Below are positions 40,051-48,990 of a DNA stretch of 64,000 nt, in pieces (the first letter of the stretch is position 1; every line of letters starts with the position of its first letter). Location: NCBI GenBank assembly GCA_963827235.1, contig CAWHAE010000012.1:480001-544000 (forward strand). The letters are read 5' to 3'. Both the position numbers and the translations under genes were made by a program. A model generated the notes under the pieces. That model was not told the origin of the DNA and did no database searches. It saw nothing but the letters and a program-made list of their open reading frames with translations. The stretch comes from an uncultured bacterium (GTDB lineage: Bacteria > Chloroflexota > UBA5177 > JANWHV01).

Positions 40051-40091
40051 TGCGCCAATGCCGGGCCGGGGCGCAACCCGGCCGTGTGTAA

Positions 40092-40142
40092 GCACAGCGC
40101 TGAGCGGGACCGCTTCAGAAGCGGTCCCGCTCAGCGCTGTGC
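40092..40142. terminator. Perfect 25-bp inverted repeat with a 1-nt centre between convergent genes
   Basis: GCACAGCGCTGAGCGGGACCGCTTC-A-GAAGCGGTCCCGCTCAGCGCTGTGC. Confidence 0.7.
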
Positions 40143-40332
40143 ACGCGGTGTCGGGAGAGCGGCGACATGTGCCCAGGACCGCTGCCGGACTCTTCGGACT
40201 GTTCGGCTCGCGGCCTCAGCTTGTGGGCCTCTCCATGCGATCGAGAAGGAGATCGGTGGGGAGCTACCCGGGTTTGCTTGCCGAGCCGTGACGGATGAGA
40301 TCCTGCCGGCCAGGCTCGTAGTGAGGGCGAGG

Positions 40333-40968
40333 TCACTTCCCGATCGATAAGGCCTCGAGCAAGTATTCCCGGTCTCTTTCTTCGGGGCCGAGCTCACGAA
40401 TCACCCGTGCGGGATTGCCGGCTACGATCGTCCAGGCCGGAACATCTTTTGTGACTATGCTTCCGGCCGCCACGATGGCTCCTCGTCCGATGTGCACGCC
40501 CTTCAGAATCGCGGACTTGAAGCCTATCCAGACATCGTCCTCGATCACGATCGGGGAAGACTTCACACGGGACACGTCGTAGCTGGTGCCCGCTACCTTA
40601 TCCCGCGCATCTCGCCTCCGCGCGGACCAGTCCATCGGGTGCGCGTTCGTATCGTGAATGTCGACGAGATGCGAGATGAGCACGTAGTCGCCGATGCTTA
40701 CGGACGACTGCGCCCAGATGCGGGTGCCCTCGGAAACGTAACAGAATGACCCTATGTGGATGCTGGCGCCGGGATTCCAGGTCTTCAGCCGGCCGTGGAT
40801 CACCGTTTCGGCACCTACTTGTATGGCCGACCGTTCGCCGGAAAGGTTGGTGATCTGAGCCTCCGGCTGGATCGTGGCAGACGCGGCAATCTCGGCTGCC
40901 TGCAGCACCTGCCTGCGCGCAGCCGCCCTGGTAATCGATCTCATCCAGCTCATACCATGAGTCAACAT
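40333..40968 (-). CDS. Hexapeptide-repeat (left-handed beta-helix) sugar O-acyltransferase
   Basis: IHDTNAHP, IVIEDDVWIG, ILKGVHIGRGAIVAAGSIVTKDVP, VAGNPARVIR; start uncertain (40953 or 40968). Confidence 0.88.
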   Translation of the reverse strand: MLTHGMSWMRSITRAAARRQVLQAAEIAASATIQPEAQITNLSGERSAIQVGAETVIHGRLKTWNPGASIHIGSFCYVSEGTRIWAQSSVSIGDYVLISHLVDIHDTNAHPMDWSARRRDARDKVAGTSYDVSRVKSSPIVIEDDVWIGFKSAILKGVHIGRGAIVAAGSIVTKDVPAWTIVAGNPARVIRELGPEERDREYLLEALSIGK

Positions 40969-41227
40969 TGGGCCAAGAAGGTCCTCGAGAAGGTGCGCTT
41001 TCGAGGACCTTCTTTCAGTTCGAACGAGATACGATCCAGCCATGCCGCACTTCCAGTACCGTCGACCGGCTCCCTCCGGAGCACCGCTCAACACCGGCCA
41101 CTCTGTGTGGCCGTTCAGGCCGCATCTCATATATACAGGGGCTGTGAAATCCGGGGCAGTGCCGGCAACGTGCTCGGGTCCGGCTCTCGGTGCCGGGCGC
41201 CGCCCTCGCTCGGTTGCTCCCGGAAGG

Positions 41228-41923
41228 CTACTCCTTCGCCTGCGGCAGATACGGTATCAGCGCGTGGGCGAGATTGGGTAGAGGCAGGGTCTGCAGCCAG
41301 ATGCGCCCTGGTCCCGTCAACCGCACCAGGAAGAAGTCGTCGCCGCCGAAGAAGATGTTCTTGATGCCCTTGATCGTGGTCATCTCGAACCGGACGCTCT
41401 CCTGGAAAAGGCCGACGTGCCCGGGATGGACGCGCAACGACTGGCCTGCCGCGAGGTCCATCACGATCATTTCGCCGGAGAGACTAACCCACGCCTCGGC
41501 ATTGCCTTCCAGTTTCTGCAGTATGAAGCCTTCGCCGCCGAAGATCCCGGCGCCGATCTTCTGTATCACCGGGCTTATCTGAATGCCCTGAGTAGCGGCA
41601 ATGAAGCCATGACGGTGCACCAGGTAGCCTGCACCCTGCTCCACGTGCAGGTCCACGATCATCCCGGGCAGCTTCGTGGCAAACGTCACCTGCCCTGCCT
41701 GCCCGCCGGCCGTGTACTCGGTCAAAAACAACGTGCCGCCGGTGAGCGTCCGCTTGATGGCTCCAAAGAAGCCCTTGTTGCCTGTGCCGGCGGACGTAGA
41801 GGTGCGCATGGTGATCGAATCGCTCATCCAGGACAGCTCGCCGCTTTCAGCGATCACTGTCTCCCCGCCGGCAAGCTGGATCTCCAACGCGGGCATAGTC
41901 GTGCCGAGGATCTTGTACTCCAC
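41228..41923 (-). CDS. AIM24/TIGR00266 family protein
   Basis: YKILG...AESGELSWM, FGGEGFILQKL, LTGPGRIWLQTLP. Confidence 0.88.
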   Translation of the reverse strand: MEYKILGTTMPALEIQLAGGETVIAESGELSWMSDSITMRTSTSAGTGNKGFFGAIKRTLTGGTLFLTEYTAGGQAGQVTFATKLPGMIVDLHVEQGAGYLVHRHGFIAATQGIQISPVIQKIGAGIFGGEGFILQKLEGNAEAWVSLSGEMIVMDLAAGQSLRVHPGHVGLFQESVRFEMTTIKGIKNIFFGGDDFFLVRLTGPGRIWLQTLPLPNLAHALIPYLPQAKE

Positions 41924-42198
41924 CTGGCGCCTCCTCAAGAACGTGTGTCCGCAACCGGCGGACTGTCGCCTACCTGCTCGGTGCAGGCGGCAATGACGAA
42001 CGCGCAGGCCGGCTGACCCGGTGACTCATAGAGCCTGCCTCGCGCCGCCTGCAGCATAGCGTGCCTGCAGAGCGACTGGCAATAGGCGGAGTGGGGTCTC
42101 GGCCGTGTAACTCTCACGCCAGGATCCGGGGTGGCGACCGCACGAGCCTCCGCTTGAGACTGGACGCAGGGGAGGATGGCGCTGTCGTCCCGGCAGGA

Positions 42199-42214
42199 CG
42201 TGATGAAAGTCACA
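42199..42214. promoter_or_regulatory. Crp/Fnr-family (HcpR-like) box upstream of hcp
   Basis: CGTGA-TGAAAG-TCACA, one mismatch to TGTGA-N6-TCACA. Confidence 0.6.
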
Positions 42215-42385
42215 TATGTCCAGGCGGCGTTTCGCCATACTAGGGACAAACGGCTCACGCCTTGCACACGTACATGACATACGATCGCTCTGTTGCATGG
42301 CCGCGAGCCCAAGCGTTGGCGCGGGCGAGCGTGGTGCAGCGAAAACGGAGTGTTCCGGCCGCCTGCTCTGAAAGGGAGAAACGTC

Positions 42386-44029
42386 ATGTTCTGTTACCAG
42401 TGCGAGCAGACAACCAGAGGCCAGGGTTGCGACGTGCTCGGCGTCTGCGGCAAGACGCCGGAAGTGGCCGCCCTGCAAGACTTGCTCGTACACGCCTGCA
42501 AGGGCTTGGCCATGTACGCGCATCGCGCGCGGCAACTGGGGGCAATAGACTACGAGGTGGACATCTTCGTCATCGAGGCGTTGTTCACCACGGTGACCAA
42601 CGTGAACTTCGATGCCGAGCGCATGGCGCAGTGGCTGGAGCGCGCGGCCCACGCGCAGACGCGGGCGCGCGAGCTCTACCAGCGCGCATGCGCCCAGGCC
42701 GGTGTTGCGGCCGAGGCGCTGGCCGGTCCAGCATCATGGCGACCGGCCGAGAATCTGGCGGAGCTGGTCGGCCAGGGTCGAGCCGTGACGCTGCTGACGC
42801 GGCTCGAAGCGCTGGGTCCCGACGTCACTGGTCTGCAGGAGCTCCTCACCTACGGTCTGAAAGGTACGGCCGCCTACGCCGAGCACGCCCGTATGCTGGG
42901 CAGGGAGGATACCGAGGTCTACGCTGCTTTCCACGAGCAGCTCGATTACCTGACCAGGCCAAAGCCGGAAATACCCGAGCTAACGCGGCGCTGCCTGGCC
43001 GTCGGCGACTTGAACTTGAAAGTGATGGGCATACTGGATGCCGCCAACACGGGTGCCTACGGCCATCCGGTGCCTACGCCGGTGCGCATCACGCCGGTAG
43101 CCGGGAAGGCCATCCTTGTCTCCGGGCACGATCTCAAGGACCTGGAAGAGCTGCTCAAACAGACGGCCGGTACCGGCATCAACGTGTACACTCACGGCGA
43201 GATGCTGCCCGCCCACGGTTATCCAAATCTGCATCAGTACCCCCACCTGGCAGGCAACTACGGGGGTGCTTGGCAGGTCCAGGCGCGCGAGTTCGACGCC
43301 TTCCCGGGCGCTATTCTGATGACTACCAACTGCATCCAGGCTCCGAGACCCACGTACCAAGATCGCATTTTCACCTCGGGCCTGGTCGCTTGGCCGGGCG
43401 TGCGGCATATTGCGGACCGGCAGTTCGCGCCGGTGATCGAGGCCGCGCTGGCAGCGCCGGGCTTTGCCGCTGACGAGCCGGCGAAGACAATCCTGGTGGG
43501 CTTCGGCCACGAGGCGGTGCTCGGCGTGGCCGGGCAGGTAGTGGACGCGGTGAAGAGCGGAGCCATTCGCCACTTCTTCCTGATTGGCGGCTGCGACGGT
43601 GCCGAGCACGGACGCAATTACTACACCGAGCTGGCCGAGATGTTGCCGAGCGATACCATGCTGCTCACGCTCGCCTGCGGCAAGTACCGTTTCAACAAGC
43701 ACGAGTTCGGCTCCGTGGCCGGTCTGCCGCGCTTGCTCGACGTGGGCCAGTGCAACGATGCCTACTCGGCCGTGCAGATCGCCGTGGCCCTGGCAGGCGC
43801 ATTCAACTGTTCGGTAAACGAGCTGCCGCTCTCGCTCGTCCTGTCGTGGTACGAGCAGAAGGCCGTCGCGATCCTGCTCTCACTGCTCTCGCTCGGCATC
43901 AAGAATATTCGCCTGGGGCCAAAGCTGCCTGCATTCATCACTCCTGCCGTGCTGCAGGTCCTGGTCGACGCCTACGGCATCAAGCCCATCACCACCGCCA
44001 GTGCCGATCTGGCCGCCATGTTGCAGTAG
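42386..44029 (+). CDS. hcp: Hybrid-cluster protein (hydroxylamine/NO reductase)
   Basis: MFCYQCEQT...GC...GVCGK, SGHDL, YTHGEMLPAH, TTNC, GGCDG, ACGK, GQCND, SWYEQKA. Confidence 0.97.
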   Translation: MFCYQCEQTTRGQGCDVLGVCGKTPEVAALQDLLVHACKGLAMYAHRARQLGAIDYEVDIFVIEALFTTVTNVNFDAERMAQWLERAAHAQTRARELYQRACAQAGVAAEALAGPASWRPAENLAELVGQGRAVTLLTRLEALGPDVTGLQELLTYGLKGTAAYAEHARMLGREDTEVYAAFHEQLDYLTRPKPEIPELTRRCLAVGDLNLKVMGILDAANTGAYGHPVPTPVRITPVAGKAILVSGHDLKDLEELLKQTAGTGINVYTHGEMLPAHGYPNLHQYPHLAGNYGGAWQVQAREFDAFPGAILMTTNCIQAPRPTYQDRIFTSGLVAWPGVRHIADRQFAPVIEAALAAPGFAADEPAKTILVGFGHEAVLGVAGQVVDAVKSGAIRHFFLIGGCDGAEHGRNYYTELAEMLPSDTMLLTLACGKYRFNKHEFGSVAGLPRLLDVGQCNDAYSAVQIAVALAGAFNCSVNELPLSLVLSWYEQKAVAILLSLLSLGIKNIRLGPKLPAFITPAVLQVLVDAYGIKPITTASADLAAMLQ

Positions 44030-44036
44030 CGACGAT

Positions 44037-44072
44037 CGGCAACCCGCCGCCCGGCCGGGCGGCGGGTTGCCG
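44037..44072. terminator. Perfect 36-bp palindrome between convergent hcp and kinase genes
   Basis: CGGCAACCCGCCGCCCGG-CCGGGCGGCGGGTTGCCG. Confidence 0.7.
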
Positions 44073-44080
44073 GACCTGCA

Positions 44081-46975
44081 CTATCCCTCGATGAGGCTGG
44101 CAGGGAGCCGCAGCCGAAAGGTACTGCCCGTCGGTCCCGTCTTCTCGAGATCCAGGTCGCCATCCATGGCGCGCGCCAGGTGCCGACTGAGATACAGGCC
44201 CAGGCCGGTGCCGACGTGTCCGGCGCGAATGTGGCTTCCTGCGACGCGCCCGAACCGCGTAAACAGCAACTCGCGGCTGTCTTGCGCGATGCCACAGCCC
44301 CGGTCCCGCACTCGAACCACCGCCTTGGTGCCCTCGAGAGACCAAGCCACGCCGATGTCGCTGCCCTCACTCGAGTACTTGGCCGCGTTGTCGACCAGGT
44401 TAGTCAGGATCTGCGCGGTCCAGTCCTGGTCGCCCAAGGCCTGCAGGTCCGCAGCGCCATCCAGATCTATGCGCTGTCCGGGGTAGGTGCCCGTGACCTC
44501 GGCGGCCACCCGTTCCGCGACGGCTGCCAGCGTGACCGGCGCCAACCGGGGTGGCGCTATGCCGGAATCGAGCCGCGTCAGGAGCAGCAAGTCCTCGACG
44601 AGACGTTTCTGCCGGTTGGCAGACAGGACGATGCGCCCGAGCCGTTCCTGGCGTTGTGTGTCGCTGAACTGGTCCCAGTGCGCTTGGAGAATCTCGCCAT
44701 ATCCTATGATCGACGTCAGCGGTGTGCGGAGCTCGTGGCTGACGGAGGCGACGAAATCGCTGCGCAGGCGGGCCAGATCGACGGCTGCCTGGCGCGCACG
44801 CTCGGCCTCGCGTTGGGCTCGCACCGTCTCGGTGATGTCGATTGCGACACCGGTGCCGCCGTGGACTTCACCGGTGCCGAGCTGCTCGGGAGTCCACCAC
44901 ACCTCGAAGGCGCGGTCCCCGATCTCCACCGTGGTAGCGATCACGTCGCCTGCGGCGGCCCGACGACCCAGCTCGACAAGGCCGGGCGACGGGAGCCAGG
45001 TGAAGAGTGAATCGCCCACGTTGGGGTGGCCAAGGGGGTCCAGGTCAGGAGGTAGCGTGGATTCAAAGAACGTTAGCCTTCCCTCGCCATCCAGGGCAAA
45101 CAACACCAGCGGCGCGTGCGACACCACCGCCCGGAGACGTGTCTCGGTAGCTTGCAGGGCGGCCTCCGCTGTCATTCTGGCCGTCAAGTCGCGCGACGTG
45201 GTATGGAGCTCGGTCAATTCGCCGCTCGCGGCATCCCTGACGGTCTGAAATATCGTCTCCAACCACACGTAGTGGCCGTCCTTGTGCCGCATGCGATGCG
45301 TCACCGTTTGCGGGCCGGGCTGGGAGACGATCGCCTCGAACGCAGCCAGGTTGGAGTCATGTTCCTCCGGATGCCAATAGTCGGGCGAGGCGCGGCCCAC
45401 CAGTTCTTCAGGCAAGTATCCCAGGAGAGGCAGGCTGGCAGGTGACACGAAGATGAAAACGCCGCGCAGGGACAGGCGGGCGATCAGGTCCGTGGCGTGT
45501 TCCGCCAGGAGGCGATACTGCGCTTCACTCTCACGAAGTGCGGACTCGGTGCGCAGGCGCTCGCCGATATCCCGGGCAATGCAGGCGGCACCGCTGGCAG
45601 CACCCGACGCATCTCGTATCGGCGCCATGGTCAGCACCACGTCGAGAAGCATGCCGTCCTTGCTCTGTTGTACGGTCTCGATCGTGGAGGCGGTCTGGCC
45701 GGATGTCGCGGCGGCAAGCAGGCGCGCCAGCCTGTCGTGCTGCTCGGGCGCAGCAATGATCGAGATTGGCTGACCAACGGCTTCCTGGGCCGGGAAGCCA
45801 TACAGGCGAGTTGCACCCGCGTTCCAGCTGTCTATGATCCCGTTCAGGTCAGTGCTGATGATCGCGTCCGGCACCGACTCGACGATGGCCGCCAGGCGCT
45901 CGCGCGTCTCCGCGACCACTCGCTCTCGCACGATCACATCCAGACTGCTTGCCAACTGATTGAATCCCTGGAGAAGATCGTCCATGACGCCCCATCGCGC
46001 CGGGGCGACCGGAGCCGCGGCTTTCCCCTGGGTCAGCGAGCGCAGGGCCGTCGACAGCAGGGCCAAAGGCCAGACGACCCACCGGCTGAGCACGAAGCCG
46101 CCAAGCACGGCGAGCGCGAGGACGACGCCGAATGAGACCAAAGCGCGCGCACGCAGGTCTCGTTCGGCGCTCAAAGTGACCTGCCTGGATGCGATCACGA
46201 CGAGTAGCGGTCCGCGGCGACCGAGCTCGGGCATTATCGGACTGCTTACCACGCTCCAGGAGTCGAAGCGCACGACGCGCTGGTCGGCTGCCGCCGTGCG
46301 CACTCGCGCCAGAAGCGCTGCATCGAGAATTTTCGAGCTGCTCGCGAGGGCATCGCCGGAAGCCGGCACCACGGCAATCGGGTTGCTGGTCGACGCCGCC
46401 AGGTCGCGGACGAGCGCACCGTCGATGCGCTGGATGAACACGAGCGTTCCATCCCGATCGAGAGGCGCCTTCTCGCGTTCTACGGGTGAGCTCACCACGA
46501 GCGCGGGCTGCGACGGCAAGATCAACGTCGATGCCGCGCCGGCTGAAGCCAGGATGGCCGGTGGCAACGCTGCCGGCGAGAGCGCCGTGCCCCGCGTGTA
46601 TACTGCGTGCCGGCCGCTGTCGAACACCAGCACGGAGGACAAGCGGTACGTCGCCAGCACGCTGGCGTCAATGTTGTCACGGAGAAAGCCTGAATCCTTC
46701 GAGCGTACTGCCTGCTGCATTTGGTCCCACTGGCCGTAGTCTGAGACCACTCTTTCCAGGGCCGCGATGTGGCTGGCAAGTGACTGCCTGGCCACAACCG
46801 CATCATGTCCGAGGGTCTGCTCTTCGATCCCGCTCAGGGTGGCAGTCTCCGACGAGGAGATCAAGAAGTACGCCAACCCCAGGGGCAGCGAGCATACCAG
46901 GATAGGCACCACGACAAAGAGCGCCAGAAGCCTGGCGTGCGGAGCCCGTGGTCGCCGGGACGTATTGTTCGCCAT
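44081..46975 (-). CDS. Sensor histidine kinase (CHASE4-like, HAMP, 3 PAS, HisKA, HATPase)
   Basis: DYGQWDQM CHASE4-like motif, three PAS domains, SVSHELRTPL, NLVDNAAKY, GTGLGL. Confidence 0.92.
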   Translation of the reverse strand: MANNTSRRPRAPHARLLALFVVVPILVCSLPLGLAYFLISSSETATLSGIEEQTLGHDAVVARQSLASHIAALERVVSDYGQWDQMQQAVRSKDSGFLRDNIDASVLATYRLSSVLVFDSGRHAVYTRGTALSPAALPPAILASAGAASTLILPSQPALVVSSPVEREKAPLDRDGTLVFIQRIDGALVRDLAASTSNPIAVVPASGDALASSSKILDAALLARVRTAAADQRVVRFDSWSVVSSPIMPELGRRGPLLVVIASRQVTLSAERDLRARALVSFGVVLALAVLGGFVLSRWVVWPLALLSTALRSLTQGKAAAPVAPARWGVMDDLLQGFNQLASSLDVIVRERVVAETRERLAAIVESVPDAIISTDLNGIIDSWNAGATRLYGFPAQEAVGQPISIIAAPEQHDRLARLLAAATSGQTASTIETVQQSKDGMLLDVVLTMAPIRDASGAASGAACIARDIGERLRTESALRESEAQYRLLAEHATDLIARLSLRGVFIFVSPASLPLLGYLPEELVGRASPDYWHPEEHDSNLAAFEAIVSQPGPQTVTHRMRHKDGHYVWLETIFQTVRDAASGELTELHTTSRDLTARMTAEAALQATETRLRAVVSHAPLVLFALDGEGRLTFFESTLPPDLDPLGHPNVGDSLFTWLPSPGLVELGRRAAAGDVIATTVEIGDRAFEVWWTPEQLGTGEVHGGTGVAIDITETVRAQREAERARQAAVDLARLRSDFVASVSHELRTPLTSIIGYGEILQAHWDQFSDTQRQERLGRIVLSANRQKRLVEDLLLLTRLDSGIAPPRLAPVTLAAVAERVAAEVTGTYPGQRIDLDGAADLQALGDQDWTAQILTNLVDNAAKYSSEGSDIGVAWSLEGTKAVVRVRDRGCGIAQDSRELLFTRFGRVAGSHIRAGHVGTGLGLYLSRHLARAMDGDLDLEKTGPTGSTFRLRLPASLIEG

Positions 46976-47229
46976 AGTCTGCCTTGCGCCCGGCGCAGCC
47001 GCATATGGACGTGCCCCGGCCACACACTTCCCACGGGCCGGCATGTCCCGCCCGTGCGCGCCGCGGAACGCTGCCCACGTTCACACGCTCGGTGCTGCTC
47101 GGGTACCTCTCACGCTCGCGCTCAGCCAAGCATAGCAAAGACGGCTTCGCAGCGCACTCCCCTAATCGTTGCACCATCCTTGCAGCAACCTGTGGAAGCA
47201 CGGCAGCCTGGCGCGGGCCGACCGACGCG

Positions 47230-48990
47230 TCAGCCGTTCGCGCACTGCTCCGGCACCGAGTTCCTGGCGGTCAGCGGTCCCGTGCGCATGGCCGTACCGT
47301 GGTCCACCTCGACCGGCGGCTGGCCGATCACTTGGAAGAGCTTCCAGTTGTCTGCCGTCAACGGGAAGACTCGTACCAGCCGCGTCCACGCGCTGCCGTG
47401 TTCCCACAGACTGGGGTAGAGCTGGTTCACCCGATCGGAATAGCCGTTGGCATCCGGGAACGGCACGAGGATATAGCGCACTCTGCCCGCCGGATGGCGC
47501 AGAACCGTCTCGAAATCGAGGTCGGAGGCCACCACATAACGATCCGGATGGGCGGAGACAACCGGTATGGCGAAACCCTGGTAGGTATCCAGCAGGACCA
47601 GGCCAGCAGGCAGTGCCTGCACGGCGTCGTCGATGGCCTTCGGGTCGCGAATTGAATTGCGACTGGATACCCAGCTTGGATGCAGGATCTTGCAAGCAAC
47701 GTACTTTTCCTCGCGCCCGATGGACGGAGCATCCATGGCCGTCCAGCTGGCGACGTCGGAGCCGAGAAGTACCAGGCCGATCAAGGCCCAGAACAGCAGG
47801 ACATGTCGTCCTTGAAGCGCCCTGGGTAGGGCGCGTCCGAGCGCAATGAGCAGGAGCATGGAAAACGGAATGCCGTAGATGAAGAAACGCAGCCAGCCAT
47901 AGGAATCGCCACGCTCGATCATGGCGATTTCGAACAGGGGAATAACAAGCGAGATGAGCGCCGTACCGAGCAGGGTCATGCTTCGGGCCCCGGTGGCAAG
48001 GACCACGATTGTGGCGAGCAGCAAGATCCCGGAGAAAGCGGGGTAGCTGCACAACATCACTCGCGCACCGAAATGGAGCGAACCCGTCCAGGAGCCAACG
48101 GCGCCGCTCAGGTAGCTTGTGCTACCCGACCTGAACTGCGACGTGTCCGCGACATTGCTGTAGGTGCTTCGCAGGAAGTACAGAGGATCTCCGGCTTTGA
48201 TCCAGTTGAAGAGAATCCAGGTGGCGAAAGAGTACATGGGTGCGACGAGGTAGGCAATCGAATAACTCTCGATCCGCCGCGCGGCGCCCGAGGCGCCTAT
48301 GTGTCGCCACAGAGGCAGGCAGCTCAGTACGATCGCCGCCTCGATGCCGGCGACCACCGCCAGCGACTCGTAGCGCGTCTGCACGGCCAGTGCGGAGAAC
48401 ACGGTCATGGACAGCAGGGCCCGCATGGCGCGCGTCTCTGCCCACTCGATGTAGTCGGTGACGGCGATTACCACCAGCAAGATGAAGAGCGCTTCGCTCT
48501 CGCCGTTGGCGCTGTACAGCACGATGAGCGGATTCAGGCCGTAGAGGACCAGGAGCAACAGGCGGTGCCGGGAGGAGAACGCGGCGCGCAACATGGCGCG
48601 GTTGAGCACGCAGAGCGTTGCCGCTCCGCAGAGAGCGGTTGACAGATTGCCGGCCAGTAAGGGATCGAGGTGCAGGGTGCCGAGCACCGTGATCAGCGGC
48701 AGCTGTAGCAGCGCGGGAAGCGGGTTCCACACGCAGCCTATGGCACCCAGATGGGGATCGCGCGAATAGAGTACTGAGAAGGCCTGAGCCGTGCGGGCGA
48801 CGGCATCGTCCATGTAGACGTCGAGCCGCCGAAGATACAGGCCGGCCAGCACGTACAGTGCAAGCGCCAGAGCGAAGAGCACGCGGTTCTGGGAGCGGAA
48901 TGCGCGGCTGGGTAAGGGGCCGGGCCATGCAATCGATTGGATCTGCCCCTCACGACTCGCGCTACGGCGATCTAGCCGGGCCGGCGTCAT
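47230..48990 (-). CDS. GT-C-fold (PMT/ArnT/GT39-like) membrane glycosyltransferase-like protein
   Basis: MDDAVAR after TM1, VWNPLP, NPLIVLYSANGESE, TRYE; ATG 48990 overlaps the GT2 stop (ATGA). Confidence 0.75.
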   Translation of the reverse strand: MTPARLDRRSASREGQIQSIAWPGPLPSRAFRSQNRVLFALALALYVLAGLYLRRLDVYMDDAVARTAQAFSVLYSRDPHLGAIGCVWNPLPALLQLPLITVLGTLHLDPLLAGNLSTALCGAATLCVLNRAMLRAAFSSRHRLLLLVLYGLNPLIVLYSANGESEALFILLVVIAVTDYIEWAETRAMRALLSMTVFSALAVQTRYESLAVVAGIEAAIVLSCLPLWRHIGASGAARRIESYSIAYLVAPMYSFATWILFNWIKAGDPLYFLRSTYSNVADTSQFRSGSTSYLSGAVGSWTGSLHFGARVMLCSYPAFSGILLLATIVVLATGARSMTLLGTALISLVIPLFEIAMIERGDSYGWLRFFIYGIPFSMLLLIALGRALPRALQGRHVLLFWALIGLVLLGSDVASWTAMDAPSIGREEKYVACKILHPSWVSSRNSIRDPKAIDDAVQALPAGLVLLDTYQGFAIPVVSAHPDRYVVASDLDFETVLRHPAGRVRYILVPFPDANGYSDRVNQLYPSLWEHGSAWTRLVRVFPLTADNWKLFQVIGQPPVEVDHGTAMRTGPLTARNSVPEQCANG

